From assembly GCA_964016885.1 (NCBI GenBank), contig OZ024742.1, positions 33,976,001 to 34,040,000 of the forward strand: a stretch of 64,000 nucleotides of DNA. The letters run 5' to 3'. The first letter of the stretch is position 1, and each line of letters opens with the position of its first letter. The position numbers were made by a program, and so were the translations under genes. Below, in pieces: positions 42,231 through 55,038 of this stretch. The notes below the pieces were generated by a model, which worked only from the letters and a program-made list of their open reading frames with translations, ran no database searches and was not told the origin of the DNA. The stretch comes from Eledone cirrhosa. Lineage: Eukaryota.

Positions 42231-44145
42231 ATGTTAAACGAAGCTAACGAAAATAGTGGTGGGGACAGCGGTAAGAGTTGTAAGCTCGCACGCTTTAGTC
42301 CCCCCTTCCTTCCAGACTAACGTCATAGAGAAGGAAAGAAAAAATAAAATAAAAACAGACGAATCTGCGGAGAAAAATGACGAAAACACACATCTGGACA
42401 TTGATTCCAACAACGAAAAAAAAAAATTTGAAAAATTGCATGACAATATTAATACCACAAACAAAGACACGACAAACACAAAAATAACATTTGAAAACAA
42501 CATCATAACAGAAAGCAAAGCAGACGACAAAGTCAATACCAATAATATGTCTTGTGCACAAACAACAAAGAAATCTTTGACATATATACCTGAAAATATT
42601 TCAGATGTGGCACAAAGAATTACAGACGCCAAACAATACATAACTGAAGGAGAAAATGGTATTTTATCGGTAAAAATGCCTCAAGAACTCACCAAACACA
42701 TTGAAAGTCGAACGGTCGTTTTCCGCACCATCAACAACATTTCTAAAAAACCTGAACAGCCAACTCAAACACAAATCAAAACAGTACTTACAGAAGTACT
42801 TAAGGAAACCACTTTCATAAGAAAAGACAAACTGTATGGAAGCCTAGCGATTATTATGAAGAACGAATCGGCGGCAAAAAAATGTGCTTTGTCACCGATT
42901 CGTTCGAAAAATTTTACCTTTTATCCATCTTCTATGGGTAAACGAACTCAACGCATATGGCTGGATGCAATGATGCCAGATGTGGACTACTGCTGGCTCA
43001 TAGCTGGCTTCATCGATCCAGCGAATGACAACGTGATTTCCATTGGGAAAACCACAGGCAATGCGTTCAGTGGAACAGGTATAGAACTTGTAGTGCAAAT
43101 GAAGCCTGAACGCATCGCCCAAATACCCGACAGAATCCTATTAGAGGGCCACGGGTATATAAACATTAGCGTGGAGGGGAGAAGGCCGTCCGGTCATATC
43201 TGTGCAGGCAGAGGGCAGCTGAAGACGGCTTGTCCCCAACTCAACAAAAAGAAAACCCTGCTACCAACACCAGCTCCACCTCCACCACCACCACCACAAC
43301 AGATAAACAAACAACAAAACTCAGTCCCACCCAACCCGTCCCTCAGTAAAACTACACCACCACCACAACACAAACAGTCACAACACATTACTCCAAAACA
43401 AAATACAGGCCCACCCAACCCCTCACTCAATAAAACAACACAACCACCGCAGCCACAACACACAACACAGTCTAACATAGTGACATCCATCTCCCCCACA
43501 AAGAAAACCAACACGGAAACATTACCAGCAAACATACCTCTTCCCTCCAACACTGAAGATAACCCAACGAATTCGGAGGAAGAAACGGAGTCCTTCAGAT
43601 AGATTAAAAGGAAAAAAAGAAAACATGTGCAAAACACATAAGGACAAACAACCCCCACCCAAATGTCAACACAATCCAACAAAACACAAAACACCCCTCC
43701 AGCAACAAACAAAACCAAACCTGCCCCTCCCCTCTTCGAAACACTCACACCATCCGAAAAAAAGACATTACACTATACTTACATCAACAGAAACAATAAT
43801 AAATTAAATGAACTCATAAACAATAACCCTTCGGCAACAAACCGAAGGTGTAAACTTTGTTTCTTCAGAAAACTACCCACATTTAAAATTAATAAAGATC
43901 CCAATGGACCTCTACCAAAAACTAAAAAAGAATTTTAAGGAGGACGTAGAACCACCCTCTGTCAAACCCATAAACTGCGTCCTACTAAAAAGCTTTCCCC
44001 CTCCCCTTCCCCTCCCCAACACAACTCCAAACACCCCAACCCCACCACACACTGACGACCCCACACCACCACAAGACATCCCTTCACCCAACACCCCCGA
44101 CCCATGGAAGTCGTGCGACCCGAACCCCAGCAAGCAGAAAGTTAG
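42231..44145 (+). pseudogene. E1 ORF1 (zinc-knuckle protein), disrupted
   Basis: Homologous to E3 ORF1. Knuckle degenerate (GHICAGRGQLKTAC). Stop at 43600-43602 plus frameshifts. Confidence 0.85.
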
Positions 44146-44178
44146 GTCTCTACACTCTCCTTTGGCTTTGCCGCTCAC

Positions 44179-47100
44179 ATGGATGTGTTAAGAGTAGGAT
44201 GTTTGAATGCACGTGGCCTGGGCTCAACTTGGAAGCAAGCAAAGCTTCTAAATGACCTCAGGTCATGTGGTATAAATGTAATGGTTATCTGTGAGACTCG
44301 GATCAGCGTCGTGCGGCAGCTGACCCCTACCTTCGATGACTTTGAGGTGCATGCATATCTCTGTCAACCTGGAGGTGTGGGTGGGGTTGTCGTACTGCTG
44401 CAAAAACACCTGGGTCTTGCCGTACAGGTTGTTCACTCGGACCCGGAAGGTCGTTTGTTGGTGCTAGACGTTGGCAGTAGTGAAGGTGCGGCCTTGAGAC
44501 TGGTTGCCGTCTACTCCTCTTTCGGAGCTGAACGGCCCGACTTCTTCCAGCGTTTGGAGACTTTTCTGGGAACGTCGCGTTCCCTGCTTCTAGCAGGGGA
44601 TTGGAATGACATCCTAGATGCACGTTGGGACTATGCAGGAGCATGTCCTAATAGAGGGGGTGTAACAGCCTCAAGGGGTTACTCGACCGTTTTAACTTGG
44701 TCGATAGATATCGACTAAATTTTCCAACTGTGCCTACCTGGACTTGGACGAACCACAGTGGTCAATCTAGATCGTACTTAGATAGATTCTTAGTTAGAAG
44801 TAAGGATAGGGACATATTAAGCTGTCCAGAAATGCTCACGGTTAGCTATACGAATCACAAATTAGTGACCTGCGTAGTCAATCTCGAGAAAACACATAAA
44901 CAGGGTCCCGGTTACTGGAAACTTAATTTGTCTTTACTGGCAAAAGAGACTTACAGAAACCGGATTAGCAGATTAGTTAAGGAGAGGTTGACGGGTGCAA
45001 TCGTCAACAACCGATGGTGGGCATCTCTCAAAAGAGAGATTAGAACAGAATCAATAAGTTATAGCAAGATGTTAGCTGCCGATAGGAATAGAAACGAGAA
45101 AGAATTAACAGGTAAATTAGAAGAGGCAATCAAGAGCGAAGAAGTGGCCAGAGTGCTGGCATCGAGGACGGCCTTGAACCAGTTTTTCGATGCAAAGCAC
45201 GAAGGCTGCGTCATTCGAAGTAAAATACGTGCTCTAGGTAATGAGGGGGCCAAAGCCGTTGGCTGGGCCCGCGTGACAGAAGCTAAGAGTGGAAATCGAT
45301 CCACCATCCGGTCGTTGCAAAACGAGGATGGACGGGTGATCCGGGAGCCTAAGCAGATGTGCGAGGCCTTTCAAAGGCACTTTCCCCGATTATACGGGGG
45401 GGGGGGGAGGGTCCGGGCAGGGACGTGGATTTCGGTCCATAGTCAACGGCCTGCCGCGTCTCTCGAGCGAAGAGGCACAGTCCTGCGAGGGACCAATCTC
45501 GGCTGATGAGATCGGGGATGCGCTGAACCAATGCAGCAGACGCAAAACTCCAGGTCTCGATGGTATACCTTACGAACTTTATTTAGCAATGCCGGTCTTC
45601 TTCTCCGAACTCCTCGAAGCGGTCTACTGCAATTGGCAGCAGAACGGGAGAATTCCTTGTTCTGTAGCCATGGTCGTAGTCTCGCTGGTGAGGAAGGACG
45701 AGAATAAGGGGGATAGTATAAATAATTTTCGGCCCATAACCCTGCTAAACACAGAGTTAAAGATGTTGGCCAAGGTGTTAGCAAAGAGGTTGGCGCTTGT
45801 CGTGGCTGGCCTGATGGGAGATGCGCAGACATGTGCTATCCCATCCAGGTCCATTCACGATAAGCTCCAGCTCATGCGATACATCATAGAGAGGGTTGGC
45901 AACAAACCCGGCTTCGGTGGGGCCCTGATCAACTTGGATCAGTCTAAGGCCTTCGATAGGGTCGACCATGGTTGGCTGGGTGCGGTGCTAGCGGCGGCTG
46001 GGTTCGGTCCTGTTTTCAGAGGCTGGATCACTGCCTTACATAGCAACCACATCTGTTCTAGGATCAAGGTGAACGGCTACCTTCCGAAGCCGTTCGAAAT
46101 CACACGATCCATTCGACAGGGGTGCCCTCTCTCCTCCCTTCTGTACGTATTGACTCTCGAGCCTTTACTGAGGAAGTTGGAGTTGTTGCAGGGTATCCCC
46201 CTGGAACCAGGATTGAGCAAAGAGGTGTCGGCCTACGCCGATGACGTAACAGTAATGGTATCGACCGACTCGGAGATCGAGGCGATCGGTACCTTACTGG
46301 AGGATTACGAAAGGTTGTCAGGAGCGAAACTGAACCGGGAAAAATCCATCGGGCTGCAACTCGGAACGTGGAGAGGCAGACCGATGCCTCCCGACGGTGT
46401 CGTCGGACACTGGACGGAGGGCCCGGTAAAGTTGCTTGGGGTCTGGTTTGGACCGGACCTCCAGGTGGATAAGAACTGGGACGAGGTTACGAAAAAGGTG
46501 TTTGCACTCACCCAGAAATGAGCCAAGTGTAAGCTGTCCCTAAAAGGCCGGGCGGAGGTGGCGAACATTTACATAGCGTCCGTCACTTACTACCGCCTGA
46601 CTGTCGTGCCTTGCCCTAAGGAAACACTCACCACCATGGAACGCATGCTCTTCCAATTTCTTTGGAAGAAGCGCCCTCCTATGGTGAGAAGATCCATATG
46701 CTGCCAACAACCTTCGAAAGGAGGGCTGGGGATGCCGTGGTTGATGATGCGTAGGCACGCATTAAGGCTACGGCACCTACAGGTATTCCTCACTGGTCAA
46801 CCGGTGTGGGCTCCGTTCGTGAAACGAGCCTTTCCGAGACTCGTCTCGCTCACCGAGCTGCAGTCCTGGGTCAAGCAAAGATCCGGAAAACTGGGAGACT
46901 GGCACACTGAGTGTGCTAAGGAGCTCAGGGCTCTCTGGCAAGCGGGCCAGGCCATCGGTGGAGAATCCACCTCATCATTCTATAGAGGGCTGGTGGCTAG
47001 CAGGGGCGATGACACCCTTGGAGAGTCGCTGGACATGGAAGAGGACGAACTGGCCAGCCTGTTCGGTAGGACTTTCGGCCCGGGACCAATGGACAACTTC

Positions 47101-47615
47101 CAGAAGTCACTAGCCTGGCAGTGCTACCGGGGGCTCTATCCGTTCGAGAGAGGCTCTACAGACACGGGCGCCCGGGCAGGGATCCCTCGAAAAAGATTTG
47201 CCCTAGATGCGTGCGTCACGAAGAAACCGTTGCGCACGCATTGGTGCAGTGTCCGGGCGTGGCTGATCTGTGGGGCTACGCCGAACGACTGCTGTCGCGG
47301 GTGGCGCCGATTCGATTGACCGCCGAGTCCGTGATGACAATCAAACCGCCTCCCCTCTTCACAAAGGAAGCAAAGGCGGTTTTTCTGTGCGTAATAGCCA
47401 TGTTGAAAGAGGTTTTTTGGTGGACACGATTGAAAGGTCTGAGGTCAGGCAACTTCCTCTCTGGCTATAGTCTGGTCTACTTCTTCCGATATCACTTCGG
47501 AAGAAGGATAAGAATGGAGAGAGAGGTGCTTGGCCACAGCCAGTTTTATGAAGGGTGGGTGATAGTGGCGAGAATGGCTCGTGTAAATGGGCCTTCTCTG
47601 TATACCATCCTGTAG
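44179..47615 (+). pseudogene. E1 ORF2 (APE endonuclease + RT), disrupted
   Basis: LNARGL, GDWN, SYLDRF, RPITLLN, DQSKAFDRVDH, RQGCPLS, YADD and CPRC..ETVAHAL..C spread over several frames. Confidence 0.92.
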
Positions 47616-47829
47616 GTAAAGAAGTGAAGGAGAGGGGAGCACCTTCTCCATGTGCTCCCCGGGCAAAGGATTGCACACTTTTTCGGGGGTGTGTGCAACC
47701 CCCATCATGTCACCTCCCTTTTGAGGTTGTTTTCGATTATTTTCATTTTATACCCTTTTTACTCGATTGTATGTAAACTCCCCCTTTGTATTTGTCCCTT
47801 CTTTTTATGCCTTTATGGTAAATAAAGAA

Positions 47830-47863
<34 letters not shown>

Positions 47864-47884
47864 ATATCTATCTATCTATCTATC

Positions 47885-49519
47885 TAGAACCGGGACTGCG
47901 CAAAGCGGCGTCGGCTTATGCTGACGATGTGACGGTAATGGTGTCGAGCACCTCGGAAATCGGGGTGATCGGCAACTTACTGAAAGAATACGAAACGCTG
48001 ACGGGAGCAAAACTAAACCCGGACAAGTCAGTCGGTTTGCAACTCGGTACGTGGAGAGGCAAACCGATGACGTCCGACAGCGTCGTTGGACGCTGGACGG
48101 ACGGACCGGTGAAATTGCTCGGGGTCTGGTTCGGTCCAGACCTACAGGTGGAGAACGAGGTCACGGCCAAGGTGTTTGCACTCACCCAGAAGTGGGCAGA
48201 GTGCAAACTGTCCTTGAAAGGTCGAGCGGAGGTGGCGAACACTTTCATAGCGTCCGTCAGCTACTACCGCTTGACTGTCGTGCCTTGTCCCCGTGAACAC
48301 CTCGCCAAGATGGAACGCATGCTCTTCCAGTTTCTGTGGAAGAAGCAGGCTCCGCTGGTGAGGAGATCCGTCTGCTGTCAGCACCCTTCCAACGGAGGGC
48401 TGGGAATGCCGTGGCTGATGATGCGCAAACATGCGCTGAGGCTGCGGCATCTCCAGATATTCCTCACCGACCCCCAACCGGTCTGGGCACCGTTTGTGAG
48501 ACAGGCTTTCCCACAGCTCGTCTCGCTGACGGAGCTTCAGTCCTGGGTGAAGAAAAGACCGAAAACGATGGGCGCCTGGCACATTGAATGCGCTCAGGCG
48601 CCCACAGTCCTCTGGCTAGCGGGCGCAGCAATCAGTGGAGACTCCACTTCGACATTCTATAGAGGGATTGTACGTTAAAAGGGCGATGACGTGCTCGGAG
48701 AGACTCTGGGCGTCGAAGACGATGAGCTCACCAGTCTGTTTGGTAGGACTTTCCGCCCGGAACCTATGGACAACTTCCAGAGGCCCCTGGCCTGGCAGTG
48801 CTACCGAGGAGCTCTACCGGTTCGTGACAAGATCTACAGGCACGGACGCCCCGGCAGTGATCCTTCCAAGAGGACGTGTCCAAGATGCGCGCAGGACATT
48901 GAAACATCACGCAATTGTACACTGCCCGGGCGTAACCGACCTGTGGAGCTATGCAGAACAACTGCTGTCGCGTATGGGACAAATCCAGTTGACTGCCGAG
49001 TCCAGAGTAAGGATCAAACCGCCAGCCTCTTTCAAAAACGAAAGAGAGGCGGTTTTCCTCTGTACGGTGGCTATGGTGAAAGAAGTTATATGGTGGACGA
49101 GGTTGAGAGGACTGAGGACAGATTCCTTTCTCTCCGGACAACAATTGATTCCCTTCTTTAAGTATCACTTTAGAAGGAGAATCAGGGTGGAGAGAGAGGT
49201 ACTGCACCCCAGTAAATTTACTGAAAGGTGGGTGAATGAAGCGAAAATGGCCCGAGTGATTGGGCCTTCTCTGTTTATAAGCCTGTAGGTTGAGGAAGAG
49301 AGCAAAAGGAAGAAAGGAGCACTTGTACAACACGCTCCTGGAGTTGAGGGTTGTTCTATCGACGGGGTATTAAACAACCCATTTGTGGCTCCTGCCCCTA
49401 TTGGGGATTTCGATTGTTGTAATTGTTTGTTTTTATATTTTTACACAACTGTATGTAAAATCCCCGGCATGTCTTTGTATTGTCCCCTTTTCTCGTGCGC
49501 CCTTGTGGCTAATAAAGAA

Positions 49520-49520
<1 letters not shown>
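47885..49520 (+). mobile_element. E2, 5'-truncated L1/Tx1 copy (divergent subfamily)
   Basis: Starts at EPGLRKAASAYADD directly after (TATC)n. Stop at 48676-48678 and a frameshift. Divergent 3'UTR ending aataaagaaa. Confidence 0.92.
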
Positions 49521-49607
<87 letters not shown>

Positions 49608-49789
49608 GAGTAAGTTCTGTTTAAATTTCTATAGAAATTCTTGTCTGATAACTTTAATTTTTGTACCATTTTGTAGAGGGACTGCCAGGTCAAACTTTGA
49701 TCTGGTCAGTCTCTCAAAATATTCTACGCCTTTAGGCGAAATAGTTAAAAAAAAAGTTTTTTCTTGCTGAAAAGTCAATATTTTTTTAA

Positions 49790-51577
49790 ATGGCCGAAGC
49801 TTCTTCACCAAAATTCGAAGGAGGAAAGGGGAAGATGAACTTACAGCTTCCCCCTGCCACTGTCACAGTAGCAGAGGTCAAGAAGATAGGTCAGCCAGAG
49901 GAAGAATTCTCTCCACCTGTTAACCGACAACTTGACGTTGCCATGGCAACAACCCAAAGAACCAGCAGCAACAGCAACAACAACAACAATGCGACGGACG
50001 AAAACAACACCAATAACAATAACAATAACAACAACAAGACCAATAACGGTGACAACAACAACAATGATAACAACAACACCACCAACGACAACAACAACAC
50101 AAACAAACAAAATTTCTCCTTCGCCGAGACGACAAGGAAAACCCTCGACTATCTGCCAGTAGATATAACAAAAGCGAAGGAGCTACTGGCGGATGCGAAA
50201 AAATATATAGTGTACGGGGAAAATGGTTCATTCACAATTCATTCCCCCCCGGAACTAAAAAGCCAGAGACTCCTAAACACGGTCATGTTTAGGACAATCT
50301 CGAACAAAAGTAAAAAACCAGCTCAACCATCACAGAGCGAGATAGAGCTGGTTTTAAAAGACGTCATGAAGGACATCACCTTCATTCAGAAGGATAGACT
50401 CTACGGGAGTCTATCCATTCTCATGAAGGACAGGGACACAGCAGTGAAACTGTCCATCAAACCAATCACATCCACCGCATACACCTTCTACCCTACGTAC
50501 ATGGGTAGAAGAACACAAAAAATAAAAATCCACACCATCCTGCCGATTATGGACATATGGTGGGTTTTGACAGGTTTTCTGGACCTGGAGGATGACATGC
50601 TGGTGTCCATGGGAAAGGCATCGGGTGACGCGTTCAGTGGAACGAGCCTCGAACTTGTAGTTCAAATGAGGCCCGAAAGGATCGCCCAGATCCCTGAACG
50701 CGTCATACTGGATGATCTAACCTTCATCAACATTACCGTTGAGGGTAGACGGCCCTCGTGTTACCTCTGCGGAACCAGAGGTCACCTGAGGGCTGTCTGT
50801 CCCCAACTTAATAAGAAAACCCCAATCCTGCCTACACCACCAACAACTGCACAACCAACACAATCACCACAACTACCACTACAAAAACAACCACCACAGC
50901 TCAAACCAAAACAAAACAATGTCCAACCCATCCCCTCCACTCAAAAAACAAAAACAATTTCCAAAACACCCGTACCGCAAACACAACCCGAAAATATACC
51001 CCTCCCCTCCAACGCGGAAGATGACCCTAGTTCGTCGTCAGACGAGGAGGAGCACTTCCACACAATCAAAAGAAAAAAAAGAAAACACACCTCAGACACA
51101 CAAATGAAAAAAAACCCTCCCCAAAACATAACACTGACACCAACACAAAAGAGCTCACAACAGCAAACAAAAAACACCACACAAAAACAAAAACATGCAT
51201 ACACATACATAAATACAAGAAACAAAAAACTGTTAAACATTGTGTACAACAACAATCTAATAAAAACACAAGGGCCTAACTTCACCCAGGCAGGGGATTT
51301 CCCCCACCTCAAAATGATTAAGGCCCCACAGGACACCTATAAAACTTTAAAAAACAATTTTAAAGAGGACGTGGGTCCCCCCTGCGTCGGGCCCATTAAC
51401 CGCGTCCTCCTAAAAAACTATCCCACCCCCTCCCCAAACACCCTCACAACTCCAAGCTCCCCAACCACACAACACACTGATGCCCCCACACTTCCACAAA
51501 CCACCACCCCACCCAACAACCCATCCCCCACCCTAATGGAAATTGTGCAGCCCGATACCCGAGACGCAGAGAGGTAA
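49790..51577 (+). CDS. E3 ORF1p, 595 aa, CCHC zinc knuckle nucleic-acid-binding protein
   Basis: Open ATG-TAA frame. CYLCGTRGHLRAVC fits CX2CX4HX4C. Asn-rich and Pro/Thr/Gln-rich low-complexity regions, basic KRKKRK. Confidence 0.9.
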   Translation: MAEASSPKFEGGKGKMNLQLPPATVTVAEVKKIGQPEEEFSPPVNRQLDVAMATTQRTSSNSNNNNNATDENNTNNNNNNNNKTNNGDNNNNDNNNTTNDNNNTNKQNFSFAETTRKTLDYLPVDITKAKELLADAKKYIVYGENGSFTIHSPPELKSQRLLNTVMFRTISNKSKKPAQPSQSEIELVLKDVMKDITFIQKDRLYGSLSILMKDRDTAVKLSIKPITSTAYTFYPTYMGRRTQKIKIHTILPIMDIWWVLTGFLDLEDDMLVSMGKASGDAFSGTSLELVVQMRPERIAQIPERVILDDLTFINITVEGRRPSCYLCGTRGHLRAVCPQLNKKTPILPTPPTTAQPTQSPQLPLQKQPPQLKPKQNNVQPIPSTQKTKTISKTPVPQTQPENIPLPSNAEDDPSSSSDEEEHFHTIKRKKRKHTSDTQMKKNPPQNITLTPTQKSSQQQTKNTTQKQKHAYTYINTRNKKLLNIVYNNNLIKTQGPNFTQAGDFPHLKMIKAPQDTYKTLKNNFKEDVGPPCVGPINRVLLKNYPTPSPNTLTTPSSPTTQHTDAPTLPQTTTPPNNPSPTLMEIVQPDTRDAER

Positions 51578-51601
51578 GTGCCTTTTCTCTTCACCACCAA
51601 C

Positions 51602-54600
51602 ATGGCTATGCTAAGAGTAGGCTGTTTAAATGCGCGTGGCCTGGGCTCAACTTGGAAGCAAGCAATGCTTCTAAATGACCTCAGGTCACAACGTATAGAT
51701 GTGATGGTTATTTGCGAGGCCCGGATCAGCAACGTGCGACAGCTGGCCCCCACCTTTGATGACTTTGAGATGCACGCATCTCTCTGTCAGCCCGGAGGTG
51801 CGGGTGGAGTTGTCGTTCTGCTGCAAAAACATCTGGGTCTCGCAACACAGATGGTACATTTGGACCCGGAGGGTCGACTAGTGGTTCTGGACCTTGGCAG
51901 TGGTAAAGGCGGAGCGTTTAGGTTGGTAGCCGCCTACGGCCCTTTCGGGTCAATGCGGCCGGACTTCTTCCATCGTCTGGAGACTTTTCTAGGGACGTCC
52001 CGCTCCTTGCTATTAGTGGGGGACTGGAATGGTATCCTAGATGCACGCTGGGACTACGTAGGGGCCTGCCCCGATAGAGAGGGGTGTAATAGCCTCAAAG
52101 GGTTAATCGGTCGATTTGACCTGGCCGATAGATATCGACTAGATTTTCCGACTGCGCCAACCTGGACTTGGGCAAATCGTAGCGGATCATCTAGGTCGTA
52201 CCTAGATAGGTTCTTAGTTAGAATTAAGGATAAGGACTTTTTAAGTTGTCCAAAAATGCGCATTGTTGGCTATTCAGACCACAAATTAGTGACCTGCATG
52301 GTCAACCTTGACAGAACTCATAGACAGGGCCCCGGTTACTGGAAGCTCAACTTGTCCTTGCCGGCAAGTAGAGCCTACAGGAATCGGATTAGTACGTTAG
52401 TTAAGGAACGGTTGACTGGAGCGATCGTCAACAGCAGGTGGTGGGTATCTCTAAAGAGAGAGATTAGAGTAGTCTCGATAGAATTTAGTAAGGTTCTAGC
52501 TGCGGATAGGAATAGGAAGGAAAGGGAGCTAATAGATAGAGTAGAAGAGGCAATTAGAAGCGGCGACGTGGCCAGAGTGCTAGCGTCGAGAACGGCTTTG
52601 AGCCAGTTTTTCGACGCGAAGCACGAAGGCTGCGTTGTCCGAAGTAAAATACGTGCTCTAGGGAACGAGGGGACCAAAGCTGTTAGCTGGGCCCGCGTGA
52701 CAGAGGCCAACAGTGGAACTAAATCCACCATCCGGTCTTTGCGAGACCTGGATGGACGGGCGATTCTTGAGCCTAAGCAGATGTGTGAGGCCTTTCAAAG
52801 GCACTTTTCCCGACTGTTCGGGAGGGGCGGGGAGCCGGTTGGGAACGTGGACTTCGGTCCATACCTCGACGGCCTGCCGCGCCTCTCGGACAGGGAGGCG
52901 AAGTCCTGCGAGGAGCCGATCTCGGCCGCTGAGATAGAGGACGTGCTGAGCCAATGCGGCAAACGCAAATCCCCGGGTCTCGATGGTCTTCCTTACGAAT
53001 TATATCTAGCTATGCCGGACTTGTTCCCCGATCTCCTCGAGGCGGTCTACTGCAACTGGCAACAGAACGGGAGAATTCCCTGTACTGTGACCAAGGGCGT
53101 AGTCACGCTAGTGAGGAAGGACGAGAACAAGGGGGACGAAATAAGTAACTTCAGGCCCATAACACTGCTAAATACAGAGTTACAGATTTTGGCCAAGGTG
53201 CTAGCAAAGAGGTTGGCGCTTGTCGTGGGCAACCTGGTGGGAGATGCGCAGACATGCGCTATCCCGTCCAGGTCCATCCATGACAACCTCCACCTCATGC
53301 GATACATCATAGAGAGGGTTGGGAACGAACCCGGCTTTGGTGGGGCTCTGATCAACTTGGATCAATCTAAGGCGTTCGATAGGGTCGACCATGGTTACCT
53401 GGGTGCGGTGCTAGCGGCGGCAGGCTTCGGACCCGTTTTCAGGGGCTGGATCACTGCTATGCACAGCAGCCGCATCTGCTCTAGGGTCAAGGTGAACGGC
53501 TACCTCTCGGAGCCGTTCAAAATCGCGCGGTCCATCCGACAAGGGTGCCCTCTCTCCTCCCTTCTGTATGTGTTGACTCTCGAGCCACTACTGCGGAAGT
53601 TGGAGTTGTTGCAGGGCATCCCTTTGGAACCGGGATTGCGGAAAGCGGTGTCGGCCTACGCCGATGACGTGACAGTAATGGTGTCGACGGCCTCCGAAAT
53701 CGAGGCGGTCGGCACCTTACTGGAGGAGTACGAAAAGTTCACAGGGGCTAAGCTGAACCGGGACAAGTCGATCGGTTTGCAACTCGGCACGTGGAGGGGC
53801 AGACCGATGCCCTCCGATAGCGTCGTCGGACGCTGGACGGAGGGCCCGGTGAAGTTGCTCGGGGTCTGGTTCGGACCGGACCTCCAGGTGGAGAAAAACT
53901 GGGCGGAGGTTAAAACAGGGTGTTTGCACTGACCCAGAAGTGGGCCAGTTGCAAACTATCCCTGAAAGGTCGGGCGGAGGTGGCGAACACCTACATAGCG
54001 TCCGTCATCTACTACCGCCTGACCGTAGTGCCCTGCCCAAGGGAAACCCTCACCAAGATGGAGCGCGCGCTCTTCCAATTCCTTTGGAAGAGGCGGGCTC
54101 CTATGGTGAGGAGATCCATCTGCTGTCAACACCCTTCGAAAGGAGGGCTGGGGATGCCGTGGCTAATGATGCGTAAACACGCATTAAGGCTACGGCACCT
54201 CTACGTATTCCTCACCGGACAACCGGTGTGGGCCTCGTTTGTGAGACGAACCTTTCCCAGACTCGTCTCACTCACCGAGCTGCAATCCTGGGTCAAGCAA
54301 AGACCGAGAAAACTGGGCGCCTGGCACACTGAGTGTGCCCAGGCGCTCACCGCCCTCTGGCAGGCGGATCCGGTTATCAGTGGAGACTCCACCGCAACAT
54401 TCTATAGAGGGCTGGTACGCAGCAGGTGCGACGACGCCCTCGGAGAAGCCCTAGACATGGAGGAGGACGAACTGGCCAGCCTGTTCGGTAGGACATTCAG
54501 CCCGGGACCTATGGACAACTTCCAGAAGTCCCTGGCCTGGCAGTGCTACCGAGGGGCTTTACCCGTTCGAGAAAGGCTCTACAGACACGGGCGCCCGGGT

Positions 54601-55038
54601 AGGGACCCCGCCAAAAAGATCTGTCCCAGATGCGTGTGCGACGAGGAAACCGTTGCACACGCATTAGTACACTGCTCGGGCGTAGCCGATCTGTGGGGCT
54701 ATGTCGAACAACTGCTGTCAAGGGTGGGACCGATCCGGTTGACCACCGAGTCTATTGTAATGATCAAGCCGCCTCCCCCCTTCAAAGATGAAGCAGAGGC
54801 GGTGTTTCTGTGCGTAATAGCCATGGCGAAAGAGGTTGTATGGTGGACGCGTCTGAAAGGACTGAGGTCGGGCACCTTTCTCTCTGGCCAACAACTGGTC
54901 CGTTTCTTCCGATATCATTTCGGAAGAAGGATCAGGATGGAGAGAGAGGTGCTGCACCCCAGCCGTTTCTATGAAAGATGGGTGAAAGTGGCGAGAATGG
55001 CCCGTGTGAATGGGCCTTCACTCTACATCAGACTATAG
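51602..55038 (+). CDS. E3 ORF2p (APE endonuclease, RT, C-terminal cysteine motif); single 1-nt deletion near 53912
   Basis: ORF-track pieces 51578-53932 and 53920-55038 join. Catalytic motifs present: N, E, GDWN, LDRF, SDH, PGLDG, KAFDRV, QGCPLS, YADD. Confidence 0.88.

Larger units (their letters stand above)
42001..47830 (+). mobile_element. L1/Tx1-clade non-LTR retrotransposon E1, full length, decayed
   Basis: 5'UTR, ORF1, ORF2 (APE+RT+C-terminal zinc motif), 3'UTR ending aataaagaaa then (TCTA)n. Confidence 0.93.

Noticed and set aside
49608-49676. 5'UTR intron (GTAAGT...TGTAG) in E3/E4
   Set aside because: The homologous position in E1 reads agaagt, so the donor is not conserved.
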